Notes: generated by a model from the letters alone, not told the origin. 64,000 bases of DNA from Vicugna vicugna (GCA_013265495.1 MU058687.1:3660001-3724000); one strand, 5' to 3'. Shown: positions 51,024 through 64,000, numbered from the stretch's first letter. Numbers and translations: made by a program.

Positions 51024-53224
51024 TGGAGGGGACTTTAAACGTCATTGGGTTTAACTATTCATTTCCCATCCTCTTCTCCACTGTATAAAACTTCCTTTCT
51101 CACCTCCCCCCCCGCCCTCCCCCCCCCCAAAAAAACAGAGTCAACTGCAATGACAGGGGTTTGGTACTTTCCAAGGCATCCTAATGTATCTCTGATCACT
51201 GCTGAGCATCAGGGAGCTCTTCCTACATCAGGCCAAAGTCTGCTTCTCAGACCATTCCTCACTGGTCCTCATTTCCAGTGAAAGCAATCTGATGGCCTTT
51301 GCAATTGGCTATGTGGGGTTGTGGGGGATGAGTGGGTCATAATATTTCTGGATGATGCTTTGTAGGAATCAATCCTTGTGTCAAACTAAAATTCGTGAGG
51401 GATTCTCTAATACGGCACTAACAGTATGCACACCACTGAGTTATTTAGAATCGACTGCTTCTGATTAATCTTAAACAATGTGGGAGGGATTGATGTGGGA
51501 AGGGATTCTGATGTAAGCAGGTGATTCCTGCTCCAGTCATCTTGTTCCTGGTGAGCTTGCACTCTGAAAGATTCATGGTTAGCCCCATCTCTGGCTCTGT
51601 TATCTGCGCCTCATTTCATCCCCTTAAGATGTCCGATCTTTCCCCATATTCAGCCAGCTTTTCAGCATCTCTGAATTTCCAAAGAGCCCCCTGGACATCT
51701 CTAATGGCTTGGCAATAAGATGAGAAGTTCTAGAACGCTGTGGAGTAGAGGAAAATGGAATTGAGTTGGATTTGCTTGACAAACCCATCGTGGCAGCCAG
51801 GGTCAGACACCCCAACAGACATCAAGATTGTGCTAAAAAGTCTAGCAGGATGCTTTGAAAAAAAAAAAGAGAAGAGTATGAAGTGAAGTAGTATTGAGTA
51901 GCTATTCCTGGACATTGGCCTTGGAAGCACATGCCTTGTTCAAAAATGCTTCCTTTTCTGCCAAGTTGCCTTGGGTAGCCCATGTTTTTGGCACTGTTGG
52001 GAAGAAGTCTCCCAGAGAGAGGATTAGGCAGGGCTAGAAGATGTTGCTCCCACATTGGCATGGACTGGAAATCTGCCAAGCAAATCCCCTCCCGCACCCT
52101 GAAGGGGTTGAGGCTAGTCTTGGCTCTTGGCCATCTCCCCATTGACAGTCATTTTACTGACACTGCAGCAAAGAAAGGAGAACTTGTCTCATAATTCATG
52201 GCTTAAAATAGTTTACTTTTAAGAGCAAAGCCCACAGACATCATTTTGAGTCCAAGCTTTAAAATGTACTCAGAGTCACCGACTTCTAGTCTGCAGCCCC
52301 GTTGTCCAGCCACGCTCTGTGGATGGCGTGCCCGTGCAGGAATGGGCATGACCTTCTCACATACTTGTGTGGTAATTGTCATGTGGGAAGAAGATGGTTG
52401 GGTTTTAGTTGCTGTGGGGACTTTGCTGTTTGCTCATCTTGATGTTGGGTTTTCAGCCTTGTATTAATGCAGATTGGAGCTATTTTCTCCCCGCGTAGAA
52501 TATATAACCGGTGGCTACATTTTAATGTGTCTTTTCGCTCCCTTTCACTTTCACATCCTCAGTGCAAGTTGCAGTAGCTCAGCTGGGTTTCCTGATTCCT
52601 GTTGCAAGGGTGTATGGGAGGAGGTACTCTCTTTGAAAACTTAAAGACAAGAAACCAAGGGAGGACTGTGTTTCCCTTCGTTAATTAATGCACATACAGG
52701 CTTGTTTGCTAAATGGCACGTCTTTGGAATCTGACAAAAAGCATGTGCTCAGTAAATGTTTGTGGCCTTAATAAAGCACACTCTGTGTATATGTGTGTGC
52801 ATGCATTCATGTTTTGTATGCATACCTATGCACGTGCTCACTAACGTGTGATGGATGGATGCAGGTTCCCAAGAACGTGAGCTCAGTAATGTCTGTTTTA
52901 ATAATTTAATCAATGAAGTCAGCTATGAGTTGGACCACAGTGGCATGGGACACCACTGGAAATGCCTTGGGTTAATAGGAAATGTGGCCTGCTTGCTGTG
53001 GGGCGGTTTTTGAAGGATCTGTGTCAAACCCATGTACATTCCACTTGGTTTGATCTAGTTGAGGACAGATGAGAAAGGCTTTTTTTGTTTGTTTACAAGC
53101 CAATGGTTTCCTGTAACAATTATAGACAGCAGCCAGCCTGGGACCATGTAAAAGCTTGTGGAATGGCTGTTTGAGGCAGGCACGTTGTTGTCACTGGAGA
53201 TGGAGAGGCCCCATTAGCTCGTGT

Positions 53225-53420
53225 GGATTCCCTGGAGAAGAGGAGACTCACTAGGGACAAGATAATTGCCCTCAGATTTCAGAAGAGCTGCCGTGTAGAG
53301 GAAGGAGTGGATACTGGGCTGGAGAGTTGAAGGGATCAGAGCTACGGAGGAAGAATTCAGATGCTGAGAGCTGTTGGACCATGGAATGCATTGCTTCGCC
53401 AAGTCCCGTTGCTTGGAAGG
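53225..53420 (+). mobile_element. L3/CR1 fragment
   Basis: cctggagaagaggagactc...gataattgccctcagatttcagaagagctgccgtgtagaggaagg. Confidence 0.6.
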
Positions 53421-54189
53421 GGTACAGCAGGTCCTGCAGTGTCAGAAATGTGTGCTGGTGTGTACGTGCCTTCAAAGCAAGGCCTCCGTGGTTCTGGGGG
53501 CGCTCAGCAGCCAGGCCCAACCTTACGTTTGATCGTGTATATCCTCTGCAGTTCAGGGAGGTGGGAAGATTGTTCTCTAGGTCAGTGGCCTTCAAAAAGG
53601 GACACATACAAAGACCATTTAGGGGGATATAGGAAGGAAACAATTAAACTATATAATTAACTTACATGCAGATTATTTATAAATCTCTCTCTCTCAGGAG
53701 AACATAGCAAAATTATTTTCCTAATGGGGAATTGGTTCAGAAAGGTTTGGAGGCCACTGATCAACACTCAAGTCTGCATTTATCTCTAATTGGTTACAGT
53801 TACTCATTCCTCAGGTTTGCAGGTTTCAGGTGGAGGCTGACGCCTAAAGTGCTCCTGATGCCAGTGGGATGTGTGCTGGGCTCCTCTACTCTGTCTTCAG
53901 CTCTGTGTGTGTTGGTCTTGGTTGACCTGGCCAGATGGCTCTGGAGGGCCCCACGGGAAGACACTTCGTCACACCTTCCTCGCTCAGAGGCCTCACAGTT
54001 TGAAATTACTAATATTGTCTACTATCTTGGAGCTTCTTTCAGCATGAAAATCATGGTGTTTGCTGGAGCAACTTTGGATTGTGTAAGTGAACAATGTCTT
54101 TGAAGTAGGTTCAAGCATTTGCAAAGCAGCCCTTGATGTATAAGCATCCATTTGTTGAAACAGACCACGTGTTTACTGGAATAAGTTCC

Positions 54190-55580
54190 TTCTTCCAGCG
54201 TTCACTGCATGAGTGCCTGTTGTGTCCCAGTGTGGGCCCTGCCCTTGAGGAGCTTATGGTCTAGTTGGGAAGCCTGCCAGGCAAAGAGGTGTTGTACACT
54301 TTAGAGCTGCTAAAATACCAGGTAGAATGTTTGTGAAGTAGCTCAAAAGGGAATGTTCCACCCGGCTTGGGGGGTGTGTGTGTGTGTGTGTACTTAGGGT
54401 GGGAGTCAGGGGTGGGAGGACATTTCACAGTGGAAACCTTTGGGCTGGACTCGGAAGCTTTAAACTAGCGGTCAGAGAGGAAAGGGCATTCAGGGCAGCC
54501 TTATGAAACAGCAGGATGCTATTGCCAGTAGTTTGCAATAGTTATTGTGACTGGGTTAAAGGGATGGGGCCCACAGAGGAGTAACGTGAGAAGGAGTTAG
54601 GTAGTGTGAGTCTTAAATGTTTATAAGGATTTTGGACATTTTTTCCTGTAGTTGGGAGCCATTGGAATTTGAGTAGTGACCGTCAGATTTGAATTTTAGA
54701 AAGATGGCTCTAAGGGGAGTTTGCATGATGGATTGGCTGGTAACTGGAAGGTGTAAAGCAGTGGGGCCAGGTAGAGGCTATTGTGTGGTTTTGATGAGAG
54801 AAGAGTCACTACTAGGGGAGGAGTGATGGAAGAAGGTTCAACTGCAGAGGTGTTAAGGAGAGGAACTTAATAATTAGGAAGGCAATCACCTTTAGTGATT
54901 TTGGACTGTGAAACACACTAGCCTTGTAAACTTGAGCAAAGGATTTAACTTCTCTGTATTTCAGTTTCTTGATCTGTGAAATGGGCGTAATAATAGTGCC
55001 CACTGTTTCAGATTGCTTTGAGGTATAAGTGAGACACACACATAGAATACTTAGAACAATGCTTGGCACATAGTAAGCTTTCAGTGAATGTTAGCCATAT
55101 TGCTAATTATTATTTATGGTGGTGATGATGACTGAAAAGGGGAAAGAGGAGCTTTGATAACATACTCGTTTGGTTGTAGGTATAACTAGGACAGGAAAGG
55201 CAGTGGGAGGAGCAGATTTGCGGTGAAGGTGAGAGTAGGGTAATAATAAATTTTGGTTTGTCCATATCTCTTCCACCTTGTCTTCAGAACCTGTAGGATA
55301 CCTGCAGGGAGATGTGCAGAGGCAGGTAGGGGCAATGGTTGTGCTGGAGAGGAGGATGGGGCTGGGCACAGATGTCAGAGTTGCTGTTGTAGAAGTAAGG
55401 GAAGGCTGGCACAAGAGTGAGATTGTCCAGTCAAGGACTCTGAGAGGTGAAGGAGGCTAAACTCAGAACCTTTGGGAATCTTAGTATTTAAGATAGCAAA
55501 GGAAAGGGGATCCATGAGGTAGATTAAATCAGAGGACCAGAGATGCAGACAGAAACTAGAAAGAAAGGAAAATTCGTTAA
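54190..55580 (-). mobile_element. L2 interrupted by a + strand MIR (~54905-55110)
   Basis: ggccctgcccttgaggagcttatggtctagttggg; MIR tcagtttcttgatctgtgaaatggg...gcttggcacatagtaagc. Confidence 0.7.
54375..54391. repeat. (GT)n microsatellite
   Basis: gtgtgtgtgtgtgtgtgt. Confidence 0.85.
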
Positions 55581-55882
55581 AATTCCTCACTGGTTAATGA
55601 ATGAAAGAGTTTATACCTTCTCAGCCTGGTTGAAGTTGGGGCATGCATTTGAATATAATTAAATGGCATTGAAAGATTATGTAATTGAGTTTCAAAAACT
55701 ATTCACATTGGCCTTTTCTTCTATTTAGTGAGGTCTGTCCATTTGAGAAAATTTCTGCAAATAGAAACTTAAGTTTCAGATATAGATGATGAACCTGAGG
55801 GTTTTGGATGTTCTGCTCATGCTAGAGTTTCTGACTCCTAGGACATTAGAATCTCATGGCAGTCAAGAGCTCAATGATCTGA

Positions 55883-56233
55883 CGCTCATATGTGGAATCT
55901 GAAAAACAAAAACAAAAACCAAAAAACAAAGCCAAAAAAACAAAGCATAAATGCAAAACAGAAATAGACTCAGACATAGAATACAAACTTGTGGTTGCCA
56001 AGGGGGTGGAGGGTGGGAAGGGATAGACGGGATTTCAAAATTGTAGAATAGATAAACAAGATTATACTGTATAGCACAGGGAAATATACACAAGATCTTA
56101 TGGTAGCTCACAGAGAAAGGAATGTGACAATGAATATATATATGTTCATGTATGACTGAAAAATTGTGCTCTACACTGGAATTTGACACAACATCGTAAA
56201 ATGATTATAAATCAATAAAAAATTAAAAAAAAA
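55883..56233 (+). mobile_element. Young 5'-truncated LINE-1 3' end with poly(A) and perfect 18-bp TSD
   Basis: L1 3'UTR-type sequence (ctcatatgtggaatct...aacaagattatactgtatagcacagggaaatata...). AATAAA at 56214 and A-tail. TSD AAGAGCTCAATGATCTGA at 55865-55882 and 56234-56251. Confidence 0.92.
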
Positions 56234-57479
56234 AAGAGCTCAATGATCTGAAAGAAACAAACGCAGAGAAGTAAAGTGACTTACCCAAGGTCAGCAAGCT
56301 GGCACTCTGATTTGTATTTTGCGTTTCCTTGAGACCATTGAGCTACACATAAAATACTTTGGCTGCGTTTTTCTTGGAGTCTGGCGTTGAACTCTCAGGG
56401 GTACCAGTGCTGACGCTCAGCTCAAAATCATACACCTTCTCCTGGGATTGGGGAAGAGATTCCTCTAACTCTGGCTCCTTTGAGCTGAAAGAGCAAGCTC
56501 CTCCAAACCGAGGGGCTAGAAGCCCCTGGCTCAACAGCTGGTGATGGAAGCTGGTAATTAATTCCCTTGCGGTTTCTATACCGCTACCCAGGGGTGGGGC
56601 TCTTGGAAAGGAAGCAAAATACTTTCTTAATGAAATAGAGGCTCGGTTCTGCTGGCATGCCTGCTGCCCTCCTCCTGTCTCCCACTCTCTGGGCCTGGGG
56701 TTGGGGGCTGTGTCCATGCTCTGAATGCTTGCTGTGTATCATAGTTTTCCAGGAATTTCAGGACACAGGAATTTTCGCCCAGCTGTGTTGTGTATTGCTG
56801 TTCAGCAATCTGAAGTTGCTTATCCAGCGTAAGTCAGAACAGGGAGCCTAGGGAGGAGGGGGAACGCCTTCGAACATTTTTCAAAGCAGAAGAAATTGAG
56901 GTGTTAAGGGCCCAGCTGGTGTGTGATGAGAACCAAGAAAGGGAGCCTACGTGAGCAGGCATGCTCAAATGAAATCTCTTACTGAAACCTGAGGTGTTAT
57001 TTGAAAGTTACCTCTTTCCACCTTCTATAACAACAAACACGTACTGAGGGCCCACTATGTGTCAGGAGAAGCGCTGGGGGTAAAGTGATGAACAAGAGAG
57101 TCGTGCCTTTATGCTGCTTAATTAACCAAGCAATTATCAAGTGATGTATGCTTTGAAACGAGATGCATAGCATAACAGTGGTCTCTGTGCTTGAAGGGAG
57201 CCCTCTTCACACCTGGCAAAGACTGTGAAGTTCAGGGGTGTGATTAAGACACTGTAAGGAATCACAGGAGGTCAGGGGCTTTTTCTGGACCCAGTGCTCA
57301 GGCCGGCTTGCCCTGCCCGAGTCTCCGGCCAAGGATCACAAGTGAAGCCGGTGGCTTTAGGGCTGAGTTTAGCTTAGTGCTCAGTTCTAATCATCTTGCT
57401 GAGTATGGCCTCAGTGATGCCATTTTAGTATCATGGAAATCTTCTGATTTATCACCTGCCTGTTTTGACTGGCTAAATG

Positions 57480-57720
57480 TGATAACAATGATGATGATTA
57501 TCTGTTCTCATGAAACGCTTTTTAGTGCCAGGGACTGGGCTAAGTGCTTTCAAATGTGACCTCCTTTGATTCTCCCAACCACCCTGACCAGGAGGGGCAG
57601 CTGTTTTCCTGATTTTATTGATAAGGGAACAGGGTTGAAATGAGAAAGCAGTCTGCGTAAGAAAGGAGACTGGGAGGTTGGTTGGTGGAGTCTGAGTTCT
57701 TACTCAGTCCCCTCTTCAAT
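57480..57720 (-). mobile_element. MIR
   Basis: gtgccagggactgggctaagtgctttcaaatg...gattctcccaaccaccctg. Confidence 0.6.
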
Positions 57721-58730
57721 CTGGCACTGAGTGGTGGCTTCTGGGGTCATTGGTGACCCAATCCCATCCTCTGCTGGCCCAGCTGGGGTGCCTCTAGCAT
57801 GCACCTTTCTTCTCTTCACTGACTTGTCTTCTGACTTCTCCCTCTCCTGCATGAGACTGACTTTGATCCCAATTCAGACACATGTTGCAAAGAGGAACAT
57901 GCAAGCTGTCCTGGAACGCGCCCCCTCTACCCAGCCTCTGGCTTTTATCCTTGGGCTCTTACTCAACTGTGGCCCACTGCTTGAGCTGGAATCCCATATT
58001 TTCTGTCTTTTGTAACCCATGACTCCCGAGTAATTTTGTAGTTGTTGTTAGCATAGTCCCACTATCCAAAAGGCCTTAGGTCAAGCTTTGGTGGGAATCT
58101 TTTGTTTATATTAAGTTGTAAAATGAATATTGTTTTGATTTTCATATCCACCCCCAACACATACATTTTTACCACCCCTCTCCCATCTTAAGCATCAGAA
58201 TTCAACCTCCTCCTTTTAGGAAATTGTGACCTAGAAAAGCCAGGTAACTTAGAATAGGCCACTCAGCTAGCAAGTGGCCAGGTGACTGGAACTAAAGCCC
58301 AGGTATTCTCACCCTGTCTAGCATCCATTTCTCTACATCACACTGAGAAAAGAGAATCCACTGATTCAAAAGAATGTTGATTGCCAAGCACAATCCATGG
58401 TGATCAAAATAGCTGTAGGTCTGTCTTCATGGTGCTTGCAAATTAGAGCTATGGAAAACATAAACCAATACATGTATAATTACAATTGTGATGAGTGCTG
58501 TAGGTGGAAAGAACAGAGGGGATATCTAATGAGAAAAAAGGCAATCAGGGAGACCCTTTGAGGAGGTGACACCCAAAGGTGAGAAGGAACAGGGAGAAAG
58601 CAATGGAGAGGGGCTGCATGTGTGCATTGTCACCTGCTCAGCCTAAGGATAAGGGCAATCAGTCTAATGTTCTTGGCAGGAACTATGTCTTTTATGCATT
58701 TGTCTGGAGTAGGGCTGATGGGTAATAACA

Positions 58731-58764
58731 ATGGATGGGTGGATGGATGGATGGATGGATGGGT
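58731..58764. repeat. (GGAT)n microsatellite
   Basis: atggatgggtggatggatggatggatggatggg. Confidence 0.85.
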
Positions 58765-59439
58765 AAAGAACTGACTGGAATGGGGAGGGATGCCTTCAGT
58801 GTGGAGCATGAGGATAGCCTGTCTTGTCTGGTAAATGGGCATACGCATGAACATCTCCACTCAGAGTTCAGGACCCTACAGGTGAGGATTTGAGAAGAGA
58901 ATGTCTATCTAAAGGAAGCTTCACATGGAGAAGGTAAAGATGAAAGGGTGCTGGAACAAGAAAGCCACAGTGAGTGTCATTTGCCGCCAACCTAAAGAGA
59001 CTTGCTCCTCAAATAGCCGCACAGTGCGAGTCCCGCCCACAGCCCAGAGATCAGCTCCAGCATTTCTAAACAGCTGCCCTTTCTTCTGAGCACTTACATT
59101 CTTTCTCTGCTCTTCCAGGCCTGCCCACCTGCCACATATGTTTTCTTGGTGCTTAGGAGAAGGGGGGTGGTGCCCTGATCAATCCATGCTTTTCAGCTAT
59201 TGTTACCAGGAGCATTTATATTTCAGATCATCTGAAAAATTTTCAGCGTGGAGTAGTAGGGGTACAATCTGAGGCTGGAATCAGCTTGATCCTAAACGAC
59301 TTATGCTTTTAGAGTTTTTAGATGACATTTATTGAACACTTAGTATGTTTCAGGCATTGTGTGGATAGCTTTAACCTGTGTTCGAATTTTACAGGAGACT
59401 GACATACAGAGAGACTGTCCATCGGCCCTCCATCCAGTA

Positions 59440-60560
59440 GTACAATAGACACACAAAAGGGCTAGTATAAAATCTCACTATTCTTGAGGAAAATGAGAAA
59501 AATAAACATAATGTATAAAGTTTATTGTAAAGTCACAATCAAAATTTATTTTAAATTCTGAGATTATTCCCTTTTATTTTGGGGGTGTTAAAATGTCTTT
59601 ACTTTTTAAGAAACTGTGGTAATACAAAGTGTCATTTTGGGGCTTTTGTTCTTTCTTGGCAAAACTAAAATATAGTTATCCTATGCTAGTTTCCAAAATT
59701 GCTTTAAATTGCTTGACATATGTTGCAGATAAATAAAATCTACTAATGTGAGAAGCATTCTTGCAGGCAATAGCTGGCTCCCATGCCATCTTCTTCCTAG
59801 GAGTAAACTGTTCGTATAATTTTGTTCACTTTCTATTCTGAGGTCTTATCAGAAAAAAAAATTGCAGCTGGATAGGACCACTGAGATCATATAACTTACT
59901 TTTCTTCAGCATTTATCAAGATATTTTGATTGCACAGTTTGACCCTGAGACCTTTTAACTCTACACGGTACACGCAGGATTACACAAGCATTTTTAAGGG
60001 AGTATTTTTTAGAAGCAAATGATATGGGCTCATATAATTCCTCAATCCATTTTTTTCTTCAGCATAGTTAAATCATTTCTTCTTTTCCCAATTCATTTTT
60101 ATTTCACTGAATTATTTTTAACAAAATCAGTTTTGTTCCATGTGTCTTCTACAATGGAGATTTGATTCATGACCAGTTATTTTTTTGTGTGTGCCTATGA
60201 AATTTTGTCTTGTCTAGCTTCTACCATTGTGAATATTCTTTTTTGGTCATTATTTCTACCATGTCCAATTTTCTCATGTCAGATTTGCAGGTCCAAATTT
60301 TGTCAAGAATGTTTGATTCTTTCTTCAATTTTTCAGTCGATAACAAATTTTACCATGTGCATTTTTAGCTGCTGTCAGTTCCATTTTGTGTTGATCTTTT
60401 TCTGACAGATCTAATGTTTTTCCAGGTCAATTTTTGCAGGTCAAAAAACTGTATCTTCTTCCTACAACAAAAGTCAGTCTTGTTCCTGAAGGTTTTTTTT
60501 TTTTTTTAAGCAGTTCCAAAGCATCCTTGAGGGGTTGTCGTAATATAAGGGTCAAAATAT
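59440..60560 (-). mobile_element. Decayed DNA-transposon (probably hAT) internal sequence
   Basis: AT-rich 1.1 kb. Minus-strand frameshifted translation near 60240-60310 gives DKIWTCKSD / KIGHGRNND, resembling hAT N-terminal Zn-finger motifs. Confidence 0.4.
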
Positions 60561-61629
60561 CCTGTGTCATTTATAGAGACCAGTGACCCAGATGAGTTAA
60601 GAAACCTACCCAAAGTCATACATAACTTTCATGGCAGAGTTCTTTTGGGTCATTTTAGAATATATAGCCTCTCTAGTTGAGTAAAGAGCAGAGTAGGAAT
60701 GTAAAACTGGGATGGTCTTGATGGTGTGCCTTCCTCTTTCTACCCTCCACCTCCAGACCCCTCTTCTGAGCCTAACAGAATTTCTGCTGATCTGCCTCCC
60801 TAAGAAATGGCAGCTGGGGCCACCATTTGAAGCTTCTTGGCTTCTCCCTGCTTCCTAGCTAGGCTTGCCTTCAGCTGTGTGTGCACTGGGGTGGCATGAT
60901 TTACAAACAAGCAGGACCAAAAAGGAAAAATCCTTTCTTGTGGAGAATTAGGTCAGTGGCAGAGCTGGGGCAGGAAGGGAATCCAGACCTTCAGTTCCCC
61001 CATCCTTCAGTTCGCGCCCCTTGCCTGAAGCTATCGGGGCTGAAGCCAGAGGTGCTATTGGGAGCAGGCAGCTGGGGGTCGGGGGTGGAGAGCTGGGGGG
61101 CGAGTGCCCTGCACGTGTTCTTGCGTGGATGCATGCAAACATGAAAACAGTCTGTTTTCCAGCCACTTGGGGCTCCCCCCTCTCTCAGTGTATTTGTCTG
61201 GATTACTCTAAGGGGGATATTAGTGTTGTCTAATAACGGCCTCAGATTTATCAAGGGATTTGTGTGATTAATTTCCAAGCAAAGTACAGCAGATAGCTTA
61301 GAGCTCAGCCTGTGTGGTGGGTCCACACCTCCCTTTCTCTGCCCTATTGGTTTTGGGGTGGCTCTCCTGTCTCCCTTTGTTGTCCTAATTGTGGAAGGCC
61401 CTAGTGTTTAGGCCCCCACCTGAGGGTATTTGAAACCATTTTCCCCTGCTGTGATGCATGAGTGAATGTCCAGAAGACAGTGAAATTTCCAGGCTCACGC
61501 TCTCACTCTTCTGTGGAAGCTGCAGAGATTTGACCATTTGCTTCCCTCTCTCAGCTGCCACCACTATACTCTTAATGCTGGATTCTTTTCCCAGACCCCT
61601 GTCAGGGCACTAGTACCCCAGCTGTGGCA

Positions 61630-61945
61630 CATTGGGAACAATAATGAACTGGAAGGCAGATGACCTGAATTCTGGTTAAGGCTTCGACATCATCCAGCTG
61701 GGTGAACACGTCAGTTCCGCCATTTTTGGGTCTGTTTCTCTCATCTGAGCCTCAAAAGATCCTGGACAACCTTATGGCACTGATCACAATTATAATTAAA
61801 CAACTAAATGTCTGTCTGGTTATTTGTGGCCCATCTCCCGAGCTAGACTTTAAGTTCCAAGCTGTCGCCCCAGTGCCTCACACAGTCCCTTGGACATGGA
61901 TATGTACAATGAACACATGTCAATGGAATGAACTTGTAAAAAATG
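61630..61945 (+). mobile_element. MIR fragment followed by an L2 3' end
   Basis: gacctgaattctgg...tctgtttctctcatctg; ctagactttaagttcc...ccagtgcctcacacagtccctt. Confidence 0.6.
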
Positions 61946-63353
61946 AAAAGGATAGATCTGCTTGACATCCTAGAACTCTTCCACTTCTAAAATTCAATGA
62001 GTTTCCTCTACCCTGTGCTCTCTGAAACCGTCACATTTTTATATTTTTACTGTTTAACAGTAGTACTTAAGAGGTTACAAAAATGGTGATTACTAATAAT
62101 GATAGCTCAAAAAGCATATTATCAATATGTAAAATGTGGGGCTTCTTCTAGGATCTCCCTCTCTGCTTGCTTGAGCTTTGCAGTTCCTGGCAGTGGCGTG
62201 CCTCCTTGCCTGGGTTTCTGAGTTCCTTCTGGAAGGGCCTGCAGAATGCTGTTGAGCCCTTTAGAATGGGACTGGTACTAATTAGTAGGGTACATGCATG
62301 GTTTTCAGACACACAAAAATGTTTAGGTCTAGAGTAAATACTGTACTAATGTCATATCACAGCACACCTTTGCTTTACAAAGAGAAGAAATCAATCTTGT
62401 TCATTTTCTGAGAAAGAAAGAAAGGGAAGGGTGTAAGGGAAAGCAGAGAAGCTGACAGGGGCTACTAGGAGTGAGAAAGCCTTCTGTTAGGGCCACTTGC
62501 TTTCTTTTGAGGCTCCCCTATTCATTAGACACTCCTTTTCTCAGGGCAAGGACTCTTGGGAAAGCATTCAGCTGAAAGTTTCCAGCTTACTTGGGCCAAT
62601 ATGTGACCCTCTCCTTCTCAAGCCAATGACAGACACTGCTAGTTAGTTCTGACCCTCTTTTCTTTCTAAACCAATATGCAGCCTCAGACTCTTTCTTAAC
62701 ACGCTAGCTCCAAGACGTTACCAATTAAAGAAAATTGAACTTAGGTGTATTGAGCACAGTGCTAGGGAAGTCATTAGGCACTATATATACATTGCCTCTT
62801 TTGGGTCTTCTTGACAGCTCTGGAATTGATGTAGTGATCCCCAATTTACCAATGAAATTTAAGTAACTGATCCAAAGCTGCATAATAAATAGCAAAGTTG
62901 GAATTTAAACTCAAAGCTTATGCTCTTTTTGGTGTACTACGTGCCTTACAGGGGTGTCATTCCCCAGGGGTGTCAGTCTGACCAATGGCCAGTTTTGGTA
63001 AAATGTTCTTTGAACATTTTATCCTCCATTTATCCTCTGGAGGCCACTTCACAGTTTCTCCAGCAAAAGACTTGGAAGCATTCTCCGTCAACCCCAAAGC
63101 CCCTGTTAATGTGAGGGACAGGGATAGATGGCCATGGATGGCTGCCGCATCATGTTTACTACCCTCTTGGTTTGTTAGATTTACTACTAACTGTATCCCA
63201 GCAGTTATTTTAGTCTCTAAGTGCCTGAGTTGGTGTCTGGCGTATAGTAAGTGGTCAGTAAACGTCAGCTATTTCCAACTGAACCAGACACAAAGGCTCA
63301 CTATGGGAGCTAAAAGGGTGACAATAAATCCCAGCTGTTCTGAGAACCTCATA

Positions 63354-63665
63354 ACCAGCCCTTCTCAAACTGTATTCTGTGAGATGTTACTAGGTGTTTT
63401 ATGGAGGGAAAAGTGTCCAGTGTTCCAAAAACATTGGGAAAACCGCATACTGTATCCCCTCTTGGACTTCACAATGGACCTCGGTGTAGGTGAGGCTTTC
63501 TGAAGTCTTGCTACAGAGATACTTGACCACCTTTCTTTAGTTCACTGTTTTCTAAATTTATTTGCCCACAGGTCTTTTTTTTTTTTTTCTTTTTGGCAAG
63601 GAGCTCCTAGTCACATCTTGCTGGGTGTTGTATTTTCATGGAATTCAGTTTTGAATATGTTGCCC
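63354..63665. mobile_element. hAT-Charlie (MER113/Charlie4z-like) element
   Basis: ccagcccttctcaaactgtattctgtgagatgttactaggtgtt...tttctaaatttatttgcccacagg...catggaattcagttttgaatatgttg. Confidence 0.6.
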
Positions 63666-63864
63666 CAATTTATAATTCTTTCTCTGAAATGTGGGTCCTG
63701 AGATCCCGCCCAGCAGCAGATGCTGTGGGCACTCAATAGTTGCTATCAGTTTTCCACACCAATTTCTTGAAATTATTCTCCATGTCCTAGGAGGTCATAA
63801 ATTTGGGTGGTTAGACCAGAGAGGGAAGGAATAATAGGTGATAGATGGATGGTACTGAGGGAAG

Positions 63865-64000
63865 GAAAAGGGCTTTGGATTCAGAGAAATCTGAGTTCAA
63901 ATCCTGGCTACTTCTAATAAGTTAAGTGGACTTGGGGATGTTAACTCCTCTGAGCCTTGGCTTTCTTGTCTGTAAAGTGTGGCTAACAACAGTATGTACA
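63865..64000 (+). mobile_element. MIR (runs to window end)
   Basis: ggctttggattcagagaaatctgagttcaaatcctggct...ctctgagccttggctttcttgtctgtaaag. Confidence 0.75.

Noticed and set aside
42343..64000. NRXN3 SS1 micro-exons or the next coding exon (LNS2)
   Set aside because: By eye I found no match to the expected DVSQ.../ATFRGSEY... coding sequence with splice sites. They probably lie beyond the window, though very small exons could be missed.
1..64000. CRISPR arrays, operons, promoter CpG island, novel multi-gene system
   Set aside because: This is eukaryotic intronic DNA with no repeat-spacer arrays and no CpG island. The NRXN3-alpha promoter appears to lie upstream of the window.

Overview
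This is mammalian genomic DNA, not prokaryotic. It lies inside the neurexin-3 alpha (NRXN3) gene on the + strand. The only protein-coding segment is the large first coding exon (about 40940-42342; ATG at 41634), which encodes the signal peptide, LNS1 and EGF1 and ends in a phase-1 donor. The rest is intron, filled with old interspersed repeats: MIR, L2, L3/CR1, L1M, MLT1/LTR16 solo LTRs and hAT MITEs. A tRNA-Ala-derived SINE resembling Vic-1 points to a camelid genome, and a 5'-truncated L1 with a perfect 18-bp TSD looks young. Repeat family names are from memory of consensus sequences, and most repeat boundaries are approximate. Almost all ORFs in the track are noise. I found no new multi-gene system. 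The best leads are regulatory: three uORFs and a 225-nt AG-free pyrimidine tract in the NRXN3 5'UTR (a possible uORF-skipping alternative acceptor), in-frame read-through past the donor, candidate cryptic exon and poly(A) sites, and homeobox/POU-rich repeat-free blocks.
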